From assembly GCA_030390025.1 (NCBI GenBank), contig CM059438.1, forward strand, positions 19,468,001 through 19,532,000: DNA of 64,000 bases, written 5' to 3'. Of this stretch, positions 52,575 to 64,000 are shown in pieces; positions within the stretch are counted from its first letter, which is position 1; every line of letters begins with the position of its first letter. The notes below the pieces were generated by a model. The model was not told where the DNA came from. It was given only the letters and a program-made list of their open reading frames with translations, and searched no databases. Source of the stretch: Squalus acanthias (lineage: Eukaryota). The position numbers were made by a program, and so were the translations under genes.

Positions 52575-54472
52575 CTGGATTACACGTGAAGAAACAATTG
52601 CGTCAGACATTAACATATAGATTCACACACGATAATGTAACTGAAAAAGAAGTGAAACGTTATTAACAGTACCAATACTATTCTTCATAACATTTACCGG
52701 AAGAAAAAAAGAGTAAATGCTCCACAGCTGACTTTGTGGGTAAAGGGTGCTGCCAGTGTGATACTGAGCCTTACACAACTGGAAAACCCCCGCTGCACAC
52801 TCAGCTAGATGACCACAGCTGGTACAGTACCAGTGGTGTTACAACTGGCCTCAGCACCCCCAGTGTAGCGAGACAAAGTTCCACTCCTGTTCACTATCTA
52901 GTGGCCCCTACTAAGAAGTATGTGCCTGTAGATACCAGGTGAGAAACATTATCATGGTTGGCTGTGATACTCCATGACAGGATAGCCAGGTCCACACATT
53001 AAGAACAGCCACGTAGCTGAGATACTGGGAAGGCTGTTGATAGCTATGGAATCATATGACTCCATGAAAAGAGGGAAGAAACCAAGGGGTTGAGGAAGAA
53101 TCAAGAATACACTTGTGGTATGATATAGTACTGGTGTACCATTGCACCAGATTCTGGAATGATAGAATATGCAAAGAATTAGGGGGGGGGGGGGTGAGGA
53201 GCAAGGTGACTTAGTCACATTCTTGCACCTCTTAGAATCTGGTTAGAGAAACTGGTAGAGTCCTTTTGGATGACCATCTTCCAGCTCTGTTGGCTGTTAC
53301 AGTGGGAAAACCAATAATGGCAGTAAATAACAAACAAAAGAGGAAATACAAACAAAATATATAGATAAATAACTGGTACATTAATGATTTCTTCAGCCTG
53401 AACATACTGCAAACATTTTTGCCCAAGACTACAGTTGCATTCAGTTATGAATATTGATACTAAATTTAAAACTTTACATGCTTTGGTGCAAAGTACAAGA
53501 CATTTATAGCCAAAGGTTAAAACTGAACCAGCTTGTTTTGTTAAAATGATAAACATTCTGTTACAAAGTTTCATGTATTTCACACAAGCAGAGTACAATT
53601 CAACATGTTAGACGGTGCCTCAAATTTTATCATTACCGTACATCTACAGCATAACATATTTAGCATAATGAATGCTGTTCAAGCTTCTGCCATCCATAAC
53701 AAGTAGTACTGCCAAAAGCTACCAAGCATAAAATGCCCGCTGAAGGCTTTAAGGTGAAACAAGAAGCAAACAAAACCAGAAACAGTCCCAGATTCCTAGT
53801 GAAAGCAAAGCTGCGCAAAGGTTTTCGCCTGATTGTCTATGAAATTAGAGACTACAGGAAAGGTTTGTAGCAGTTTTAAAGAGACAATCATGTTACGTGG
53901 TGAAAAACCTCAACACTTCATTCAAATCAAACAGTGTGGTTGCAGGTCACTTTCTCCAGGGAGAAAGGATTAGTTGTCATTGCAACCCGCAAACTTGATA
54001 ACCACCATTGTTCAATAGAATTGAAGTTTCACAAGGGAATTACCGAGCAGGTGCAGTGCGTTGAGGACCGATAATTGAGAAAGTTTCATCTGGGCTGGGT
54101 TGTGTAGCGCCAACTTTCTTCCCCTGCCAATTATCAATCAGTTAAAACACCACTGATGACCATTTCTTAAGGAAGAGAAACAGCATCAGATTCAACATGC
54201 TCAGTAAGACTTTGCATGCCCTCTGCTGCAAATGAATCAGACCCTCATTTTGAATGCATGCAATCACTGAAGAAATAAAGTTGATTCATTGAGTGAATTC
54301 CCCAAGAAATAACACTGCTCTGTTACAGAAGGGGAACTGGCATTACAATGACAAAAGGAGCAACTGTCAGTGTGACTCACCCCTTAATTGTTTTTCAAAT
54401 ATATTATATATACAATTATCTATCTATAATGATAATACAATACACAAATGGGATCTTGGGTTTTTTGCATTA

Positions 54473-54703
<231 letters not shown>

Positions 54704-54940
54704 CTAGAAGAAAAAGGGAAGCAAAAACAAAAAAATATACAAGCAAGACAACATGAGATATTTGTGGACAGGGACAACAAACCAGTACCGTTGCTTAACA
54801 GCAGAGGTGCAGCAACCTGATGTACTCCCTATCCACAACCCTTCATCCAAAGCTTGCTCCAAACTCCAAGCTTGTTTTATGGAATAATCACAGATATCCG
54901 TCACCATCTTTAACTCACCCTTCTAGGCATGCAATTTAAC

Positions 54941-54962
54941 TCATGGAAAAATAGGCCCATAA
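54941..54962 (-). promoter_or_regulatory. ISAR/IAS3-like intronic splicing element (3' arm of stem)
   Basis: Minus strand UUAUGGGCCUAUUUUUCCAUGA, followed by RBFOX motif UGCAUG at 54928-54933. Confidence 0.85.
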
Positions 54963-55216
54963 TAATTTGTTTTCTTTATCCTATTTTTCTTAGAATAAAG
55001 GAAGCATGAAATGAAGTAGAAGGTAAAGCACATAAAATGGGGAAAGGGAAATGGAAATGTACTATCGGCTTAAGAAAGAGGCATTGAGGTAAATAGATAC
55101 ATTTAAATATTGACAGGAGAAAGAAAAAAAACTGCATAGAGATGAACAAGACAGAATAAGTTTAACAGACGAAAATTTCAGTCGTAATGTACAGCAAGGG
55201 ATAGTTTGGCCACATA

Positions 55217-55236
55217 TTGTGGGTATTTTTCCATGA
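55217..55236 (-). promoter_or_regulatory. ISE-2/IAS2-like intronic splicing element (5' arm of stem)
   Basis: Minus strand UCAUGGAAAAAUACCCACAA downstream of IIIb, complementary to 54941-54962; resembles the mammalian FGFR2 ISE-2. Confidence 0.85.
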
Positions 55237-55412
55237 CTAGCGTGCATCAAGTTGCATCACGGAAAGGAGGTTAAGGGACCATTAATAACCCAAAGCCCAA
55301 AGATCCCGTAAGTTGCTTGCAATCTTCCAAGCATCTCCCAGCATGAATCAGCCGTTTCCCAAATTCATTTACCATGGGCAGAGCTTTGTAATTTGTTTCC
55401 TAAAAGTGTTAC

Positions 55413-55563
55413 CTTTTGGGGAGAATTGAGCAACAGTGAGCCAAGCAGACTGATTGACAGCTCCAATATAATTGGAGACCTTACATATATATTCTCCACT
55501 GTCCGCCTCAGTCACATTGTACAGATTCAGCACTTCTGCATTGGAACTATTTATCCCCGAATG
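55413..55563 (-). CDS. FGFR2: FGFR2 exon 8 (IIIb, epithelial isoform), 151 bp
   Basis: ttctag|CATTCGGGG...CCAAAAG|gtaaca; encodes [50 protein letters not shown]; not in the ORF track. Confidence 0.95.
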
Positions 55564-56044
55564 CTAGAACAAACCAATAACAGAAGATAACAATATAACC
55601 GCTGTTCTCGTATGAACAGAGCTAATATCCCACCACCAGCATCAGTCCTCTATATGAAATAATTTCATGAAATAAATAAAAGAAACTATTTTCTCTACCA
55701 AAATGCGTGACAATCTATGAAGGAAGAAAATAGAGCAAGTAATATCAAAAATAACTAAAAGGACTATTCTGTATGAACAGTTCATACCGGCTTTCTTCAG
55801 CATATTTTAACACAATTTAAACTTAAAATGTATTGTAACTGTCTAGGAAATAGAATACAAGATATAACTTTGGAAGAAAAGCAATTCAATTAATATATAT
55901 ACATGCTTTGGATATTTACAAACATTTGTACTTAAAAATGTAACTTAAATATGGATATTCCTTGCTCTTCTTGATAATGAGCATCACTCTTTCACAATTT
56001 TCATTAAACATAAATATTTAGAAAGCCTTGTTGAATTCTCAAAC

Positions 56045-56235
56045 CTTTAAGACATGGACGTAAAGGGACCCGTCTGGACGATATCTACTGCCATTACTTT
56101 CAACGTTCTTTAGCCATTGTATATGGGGCTGGGCATCACTGAACACTTTACACACAAATTCCACATCACTCCCCACCAACACAGTTTTGTTAGCAGGCAA
56201 TCCTGCTTGAAGGATAGGCCTGTGGGGTGACCGCT
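56045..56235 (-). CDS. FGFR2: FGFR2 exon 7 (IgII-III linker and IgIIIa), 191 bp
   Basis: ttcag|AGCGGTCACCC...TTAAAG|gtttga; encodes [43 protein letters not shown]...YVHVLK. Confidence 0.97.
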
Positions 56236-59196
56236 CTGAAATAAATTTGAAAAAAAACCTCAATTTACATTGGTACATACAACATGAGTGCAACTAAATG
56301 CAGCATATTTTTTGATATTTCCCAGATCTTCACATTCCATTAATACATTTAAAAGGCAACAATTGCACGTTTGATGAAATGGAGCTTATTTGAGTTTCTG
56401 CTTTGACCCTCCTCTCCCCTTCGGAGGGGCCAAGTATGTTTTTTTTAAAGAGAAGTTTTGCACTTTTTAAAATCAGATTTAATCTTTGTTGTTTTCATTG
56501 GATTTTAATTTTAGTTGCACAGCATGACTGGTAAATTGACTGAGAATGATTGATGAGGATATTTAGTTTCATGGATTTTTTTAATCACCGAGAAAAAATC
56601 AGTTAAATTAAAATACTTACAAAAATAAAATTTTTACATCAGCTAACATCTTTGTGATGTAAATGAATATAAAAGCTATCTATGCTTCAGCTATTGCGAG
56701 AAGTTCAGTATAAAATTATGTTCTGCCTCATGGAAATATCATTTTAAATATATAGGTAGTACTTAAGTGCGAGCCTGGTTAATGAAGCTATTCCTTTGTT
56801 TTTCCATTACGTATGAAGCAACATCCTGCTTTAATAGCTATGAGGCTTGTAAAAAGTATCTAGTTTAAAAAGTACTGAAACTCCTTTAAACTTTGGAAGG
56901 AGACCACAGAGCAGCTACAGACCCCCAAAGAAAACATTGGAAGTACTAACAGCACTTTTAAGGATGTATGAAGAACAAGCTTAGAAATACAAATGAGAAT
57001 CAACACCACCATCTATGTTACTTTTATTAGCTTGCCAGCATTTCTAAATGGGTGTTTTGAATTTGCCAACATATTCTTTCACAAGCAAACATTTTGATTG
57101 CATTGCAAAGAAATGGTGCCCCTGGTTAACAATAAGACCTTTGATATAGTCAAACATATTTGGCTGGATCCAGGCATCTACTGGGAATTAATTCATGGGG
57201 CAACCTTGCCTTATTATAAGGCCACAGTTAACTCAGTGGTACATTCACTGAAATGTTCTCATTCCCACATTCATATGTTAGAGGCTCACCTGAACCTCAA
57301 GTCAAGGATTTCTACTCCTATACTAAACAATCAAATACAAGTAGCTTCCAGTTGCCTTTAGGTTATTACTGAAAAGCATTTTCACTTTTCTCAATTTTTT
57401 GAGCAAAATATAAGGCCTCAAATTGGTTATCAGAATTCAGATTTCCTTGCAAATTATCTTGTGCTTCAAAAACTATTTAATGTCCTTTAAGCATACTGTG
57501 CCCAATCATCTGGATATATGAGCTTTTTATCTGAAAACAAGGTCTTTTTGTTATTAATGAATATTAACAGACTATAGATGATCATTTGAGTAGTATGAAA
57601 GACCAAGAGGTTTTCATTTCTGGGAATAGGTCTGAAATGGCCATTAAAAACTACATGAACTAAGTTTGACAAAGAGGCGAACGACCCATGCACAGATGCT
57701 GTCTGAAGTTTAATTGGGAAATGAGAATGCCTCGGTCACTCCTTCCCATTTCAAAAACAAAAAATTGACACGCAACAGTTAAAGCTGAGCATTGTGACTG
57801 GACAACTATCAGTTACATTACTATATCTGACTTCTAATTGCCAATGACAGGCCCAAATGAGGAGAAGATCCTATAGACATGAGCATTTGACAGTCAGTGA
57901 TTTTCAGGTTAATTTTTATTTTCATCCAATATTCAAGTGCTGCATGTTATGAAACACATTAACAATCTACCAGCATATCTTAACATATGTCAATGCCAGT
58001 TTTAGCAACCATCACTAATCTGTGCCAAAATAATTTCAGTTTGTTAACACAGCTCTATTTTTTTTAAAACCTTAGCAAATATGCACAGATTTAAGTTAAA
58101 GCTTGGGCGTTTAAAACTTATTTGAAACAGACCGAGTAAAGCTACTCCTTAGGAGACTTCCAGTCTCCGTTCAGCTATAGTACAGTGTAATTTACACCAT
58201 GGACTCAAAAAGAGTGACTATTCTATTTGTTGCTCCTAAGATTTTGGATTTTACAGTATCACAAAAATAAAGCATTAAAAAAAAACATTTATACAGAGTA
58301 CAGTTTGCACAATTCAAATAAATTAACTTAAAAATTTTAAAAGATATACAACATAAAACAACATATCTGTTACACATTTGGAAATTTTACTTGCACTTCA
58401 AACAGGCCAATGTAAAAAAAAAGATAATCCAATTTACAAAAAATAATGTTTATACAATTTTAAAAAATGAACACTTTTCCTGGTGCCATAACTTCATGCG
58501 CCAGAACTCCAGTGGGGATAGGTCTCCCCGGGAAAGTATTTCATTTACGAAACAAAGGTTATAATTGTTTTCCTAAGGATATGAGATATAGAGATAGAGC
58601 ATTCTTCATTCCACTTTCCACAATTAAACATGCCTGCTGCTGACCGAAGCCATCAGTCCCTGAAAAAAACCTCAGGGAACAACTAAACTAATTCCATTGT
58701 GTTTGTTCAATGATGTGATGAGGTGAAGTTGAGAGTGACTGGTGTAGGGGGAGGGGCAAAGAATAAATGAGGCAGCTGGTTGGCACTGGGGCTGTCATTA
58801 ATTAAGGTCATGGAGCTGCGGCCAAATATCAACAAAGACTCTTGCCAGCTTCATGTCACTTTTGCTGGTCTTCTACAATCATAATTCAAAACTTGACACA
58901 CCATAACCTCCCCCACCCCCCCAAAAAAAATACTGGGAGCTAGAAATCTGTGTTTTGTAATATTGCAACATTCATAATGCAAGTTAATAATCCTATGTAG
59001 AACAGTCCACAACTATTTGGCAGATTTAAGAATATAAGATTTTACATTTTGAATCCAAGTTCTGGAAAATTCAGATAATCCTATTTTTCGTAAGGAACTG
59101 CATATCATATTCACAAAACGATTCACAGAACGTACCAAATGTCAACCTATGAAATAGATTATTTAACAATTCATGGACATTTATCATAAAGCTGTT

Positions 59197-59282
59197 ACAT
59201 AGGAACAGGAGTAGGCCATTCAGCCCCTCGAGCCTGTTCTGCCATTTAATGAGATCATGGCTGATCTGTGACCTAACTCCAT
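59197..59282 (-). mobile_element. CR1 3' tail fragment
   Basis: acataggaacaggagtaggccattcagcccctcgagcc. Confidence 0.7.
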
Positions 59283-59339
59283 GTTGGTCTGTTAGGGTTA
59301 ATAGGGACGCGAGAGTGAAAAGTATGAGACTGTACCAAA

Positions 59340-59917
59340 CATGATCGAACTACAATTTCAAAGGGGGTGCAAAAACAGAGAGACCTGGGGGTGTTTGTGC
59401 ACAAATCTTTGAAGGTGGCAGGACAGGTTAACAAAGCAGTTAATAAAGCATATGGGATCCTGGGCTTTATAAATAGGGGCATAGAGTACAAAATCCAGGA
59501 AGTTATGCTAAACCTATATAAAACACTAGTCCGGCCCCAGCTGGAGTATTGTGTCCAATTGTGGGCACCACACTTTAGGAAGGACGTGAAGGCTTTGGAG
59601 AGGGTACAGAAGAGATTTACTAGAATGGTTCTGGGGATGAGGGATTACAATTACGTGGATAGACTGGAGAAGCTGGGGTTGTTCTTCTTAGAGCAGAGAA
59701 GGCTAAGAGGAATGCACTGCCTGATATGGTGGTGGATACAGATTCAACAGTAGCCTTTGAAAGCGAAGGGGATAAATACTTGAAGTAGAAAGAATTGCAA
59801 GGATATGGCGAAAGAGCAGGGGGCTGGGATTAACTGGATTGCTCTTCGAAAGAGCCGATGCAGACTCGATGGGCCGAATGGACTCCTTCTGTGCTGTACT
59901 ATTCTATGATTCTATGA
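59340..59917 (+). mobile_element. CR1 LINE 3' fragment (ORF2 C-terminus and tail)
   Basis: RDLGVFVHKSLK...LYKTLVRPQLEYCVQLWAPH; ends in attctatg repeats. Confidence 0.9.
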
Positions 59918-60106
59918 ATTACACTACATTTTAGAACTATTAAAAAGGTAAAATATATTCATCATGTTGGCACTACCTTCATGTGAAAAATATTACTGTA
60001 TCAAATGTTCAATCTATATAGATTTAAGCACATGTAGATTTACTGATTGCAATAATATAATTTTATTTTATTAAATGTTTTTAACATTGGAAGTACTTTG
60101 AATATA

Positions 60107-62036
60107 GGATTCAGCAAAGGAGGGCAAAGGGATTAATTAAGAGGGGGGAAATAGAGTATGAGAGTAAGCTTGTAGGGAACATAAAAACTGACTGTAAAAG
60201 CTTCTATAGATATGTGAAGAGAAAAAGATTGGTGAAGTCAAGCATAGGTCCCTTGCAGTCAGAATCAGGGGAATTTATAACGGGGAACAAAGAAATGGCA
60301 GACCAATTAAATACATACTTTGGTTCTGTCTTCACAAAGGAGGACACAAATAAACTCCCAGAGATGTCGGGGAACATAGGGTCTAATGAGAGGGAGGAAT
60401 TGAATGAAATCACTATTTGTAGGGAATTGGTGTTAGGGAAATTGATGGGATTGAAGGCCGATAAATCCCCAGGGCCTGATAATCTACATCCTAGGGTACT
60501 TAAGGAAGTGGCCCTAGAAATAGTAGATGCATTGCTGGTCATCTTCCAAAATTCTATAGACTCTGGAACAGTTCCCATGGATTGGAGGGTAGCTAATGTA
60601 ACCCCACTATTTAAAAAAGGTGGTAGAGAGAAAACGGGGAATTTTAGACCGGTAAGCCTGACATCGGTAGTGGGGAAAATGCTAGAGTCCATTATAAAAG
60701 ATGTAATAGCAGAGCACTTGGAAAACAGTGACAGGATCGGACAAAGTCAACATGGATTTACAAAAGGTAAATCATGCTTGACTAATCTACTGGAATTTTT
60801 TGAGGATGTAACTGGTAGAATAGATAAGGGAGAACCAGTGGATGTGGTGTATTTGGACTTTCAGAAGGCTTTCGATAAGGTCCCGCATAAGAGATTAGCG
60901 TGCAAAGTTAAAGCACATAGGATTGGGGGTAAGGTACTGACTTGGATAGAAAACTGGTTAGGAGACAGGAAGCAAAGAGTTGGAATAAACAGGTCTTTTT
61001 CCGAGTGGCAGGCAGTGACTAGTGGGGTACCGCAGGGATCGGTGCTAGGACCCCAGCTATTCACAATATATATTAATGATCTAGACGAGGGAACTAGATG
61101 TAATATCTCCAAGTTTGCAGACGACACAAAGCTGGGTGGGTGTGTGCTGTGAGGAGGATGCAGAGAAACTCCAGTATGATTTGGACAGGTTGGGTGATTG
61201 GGCAGATGCATGGCAGATGCAGTATAATGTGGATAAATGCGAGGTTATCCACTTTGGTGACAAAAACAGGAAGGCAGATTATTATCTGAACGGCAATAGA
61301 TTGGGAAAAGGGGAAGTGCAACGAGACCTGGGTGTCCTTGTGCACCAGTCGCTGAAGGTAAGCATGCAGGTGCAGCAGGCGGTTAAGAAGGCAAATGGTA
61401 TGTTGGCCTTCATAGCGAGAGTATTCGAGTACAGGAGCAAGAATGTCTTGCTGCAGTTGTACAGGGCCTTGGTGAGACCACACCTTGAGTATTGTGTACA
61501 GTTTTGGTCGCCTTATCTGAGGAAGGATGTTCTTGCCATGGAGGAAGTGCAGCGAAGATTTACCAGACTGATACCTGGGATGGCAGGAATGACGTATGAA
61601 GAGAGATTGGGTCGATTGGGCTTGTATTCGCTAGAGTTTAGAAGAATGAGAGGGGATCTCATTGAAACTTAGAAAATTCTAACAGGACTAGACAGACTAG
61701 ATGCAGGAAAGATGTTCCCGATGGCGGGGGAGTCCAGAACCAGGGGTCACAGTCTAAGGATAAGGGGTAAGCCATTTAGGACTGAGATGAGGAGGAATTT
61801 CTTCACCCAGAGAGTGGTGAACCTGTGGAATTCTCTACTACAGAAGGCAGTTGAGGCCAATTCATGAAATATATTCAAGAAGGAGTTAGATATATTTCTT
61901 AAGGCTAAAAGGATCAAGGGATATGGGGAGAAAGCAGGGTACTGAATTTGGATGATCAGCCATGATCTCATTAAATGGCAGAACAGGCTCGAGGGACTGA
62001 ATGGCCTACTCCTGCTCCTATCTGCTATGTTTCTAT
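60107..62036 (+). mobile_element. 5'-truncated CR1 LINE with frameshifted reverse transcriptase ORF2
   Basis: 60214-61152 has RT motifs [39 protein letters not shown]; frameshift near 61140; continues LYRALVRPHLEYCVQFWSP; CR1 tail. Confidence 0.95.
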
Positions 62037-63230
62037 TACTAACTGTCTAGGCCAACAATATGGACCTTATCCCTTTAAGAGGTGTGTTTGGTATAGGCTG
62101 CCAGCTCAAGCCTCTTCACCACTTAAACCCCATTGTCTTTCCTGTCATGTCAATCACCTTCTGGAAAAAATAGATTAATTTTACTCAACAATGTGCAATA
62201 AAAATCTACTGCAGTAATAATCTTACTGATTACTCATTTTATCCCGGATATGGCACATGTTTAAGCGACAGGTTTAGGCACTTCTTACCAAAATAAAAAA
62301 AGTCAGTTCAATCTCTCTTTCTAGAAATAAAATGGCAAGGAGGCAGAAAAACTATCCAAGAACTTATTTGTTTCCAGAGTTCTAGTAAAAATCTGGAATT
62401 CTGAAGCAAAAGAAAGAAAATCTGAATCTCCCGCCAAATCTAGGGATGATTTAGAATTAAAATGTTTAGGTAGTTCAAAGCTGGATGCCAACGAAAGGAA
62501 CTGCCAAAAAATAATAAATTGAGGCCTTAGCAAAAAAAAACCTGTCAGGCTTTATTTTTTCATTTTGCACCAACAATTTTGATTCAAATTATTTGGTAAT
62601 TTTACAACCCAAGTTTTAATTTTTAATTACTTTTCATTTTTAAGGTTTCTCCACATTCTGTACTATTTCTTGGCCAAGACACCTACTCCCAGATGCCTCC
62701 GTCAATTCTGCTTTTGAGCTGGCTGGTAAAGAGATGTGTGAAAGCAGCAGGGGGTAATTCGTCCTCATTCTCTAGATATATCTAGGGTTCTGGTTTGTAG
62801 TGTTTATATTTTATGGGGAGTCAATGGAAATTAAAATTGGGGCCGGCGGGGGGTGTAAAATGGCAGTCGATCTGATCGCAGGGCGGGTTAGGTCAAAATT
62901 ACCCAAGTGTCAGCATTTACTTTTCACTTGCACAATTAAAAAAGTATAAACGGAGTAAAATAAAGTGAAAACCACAACCCTATTTATCAGCCGCCCATTC
63001 TACATCCTCGAGGAGCAGGGGCTTCAAACACAGAGGGCTGTGGAGGAGTCAGGAATCCCATGGGCTGGAACTAGAATTCTATTTTTAAGTTGACTTAACT
63101 TTTATTTGCTGAATCAGCTGTTATTCTGCTCATCCCTCATATCAGAATGAAAAATCTATGACAATGTATTAATAATGCAAGAATTACATGCAATATTGGA
63201 GTTAGTCTTTTACTGTTAATGAAGAAACAT

Positions 63231-63387
63231 TGGAGTATAAATTCAGTTTGAGCGGTGGTGCAAAATGGGTGACAGCAAATTGGCAGCCTGTTTCACTCTC
63301 CACCCAATTTTCATTTCCATTGGAAAGACGGGCTGCCAATTCACTATCACCCATTTACCGCTACCGTACAAGGTGAATTTATACCCT
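63231..63387. mobile_element. Short palindromic MITE
   Basis: GTATAAATTCA/TGAATTTATAC ends; inner arms aaatgggtga..aattggcagcc / ggctgccaatt..tcacccattt. Confidence 0.65.
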
Positions 63388-64000
63388 ATTTCTTTTTTAA
63401 ATGGGGGTGGGGGGAATGATTGATCACTTTAACCCAAACACTAGAAACATAAATGCATGATATAACAGGTGGTAAAGTTCGGAGTTCACATGCTGTCATT
63501 TTTTGGCTTTTGCCTGTTCTAGGCTGGCTGGCAATGCACAGCACTGGTCTGGTACAATCAGTCTGATGTGAAGGAAGTACACCTCTTAATGACTAATCTT
63601 TGAGCAGGTGGCAGGCAAGGAGAAGTTAATGGCCCAATCCTATTGCTGAGGGAGGAAGTGTAAAGAGGGTTTCAATAATAAAAAATGATGGATACCACAT
63701 TTTAGAGATTCATGTCGGCTTGAAGATCATTTTGAGACACCATTAAGGTCAAGCTGACCTGACTAACGTTATATTCAGACATCATTAGAGAGTCTGGAAC
63801 GTCTGTGGTCACACTAACCTGTACATGACTAATATTTGTGGTCATTTTAGTCATAAATAAAAATACAGTTCTGCATCTTAACCAGCATTCTCAAGTGCTT
63901 TCAGTCTGTACAACTGTAACTAGTTAAACAACATGCAATAAATTATTTTACTTTTGTAATGTAACGTTCTAACTTCTGACATCTTAATTTCTCTTGAGTA

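Noticed and set aside
60214-61672. Reverse transcriptase ORF as a novel or domesticated RT system
   Set aside because: Ordinary 5'-truncated, frameshifted CR1 ORF2 with a typical tail; related fragments occur elsewhere in the window.
56236-64000. Upstream FGFR2 IgII exon
   Set aside because: No IgII-like peptide seen on the minus strand; the intron appears to extend past the window.

Overview
Eukaryotic genomic DNA, inferred from its repeat families (HE1-like V-SINEs, SacSINE1-like DeuSINEs, CR1 LINEs) to be from a cartilaginous fish, probably a shark. The minus strand carries the 3' two-thirds of FGFR2 as 13 coding exons: IgIIIa (56045-56235), mutually exclusive IIIb and IIIc, transmembrane, juxtamembrane and kinase exons, ending at the stop at 26648. 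All have GT-AG boundaries, and a probable long 3'UTR follows. Positions 1-22,800 are intergenic. The rest is mostly PIF/Harbinger-type MITEs (3-bp TSDs, one self-nested pair, one internally deleted two-gene element), a Tc1/pogo-type MITE, SINEs, CR1 fragments and two palindromic Penelope-like elements with minimal hammerhead ribozyme motifs on both strands. The most striking observation is an 88-bp hairpin about 60 nt into the intron after the TM exon. Its only mismatch converts catalytic G8 to A in the hammerhead on the FGFR2 sense strand, and it lies beside a conserved non-canonical GA 5' splice site. The ISE-2/ISAR RNA stem that controls IIIb/IIIc splicing is also recognisable. Nearly all ORFs in the supplied track are spurious. 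Exon numbers follow the common human convention, comparisons to human are from recall, and repeat boundaries without TSDs are approximate.
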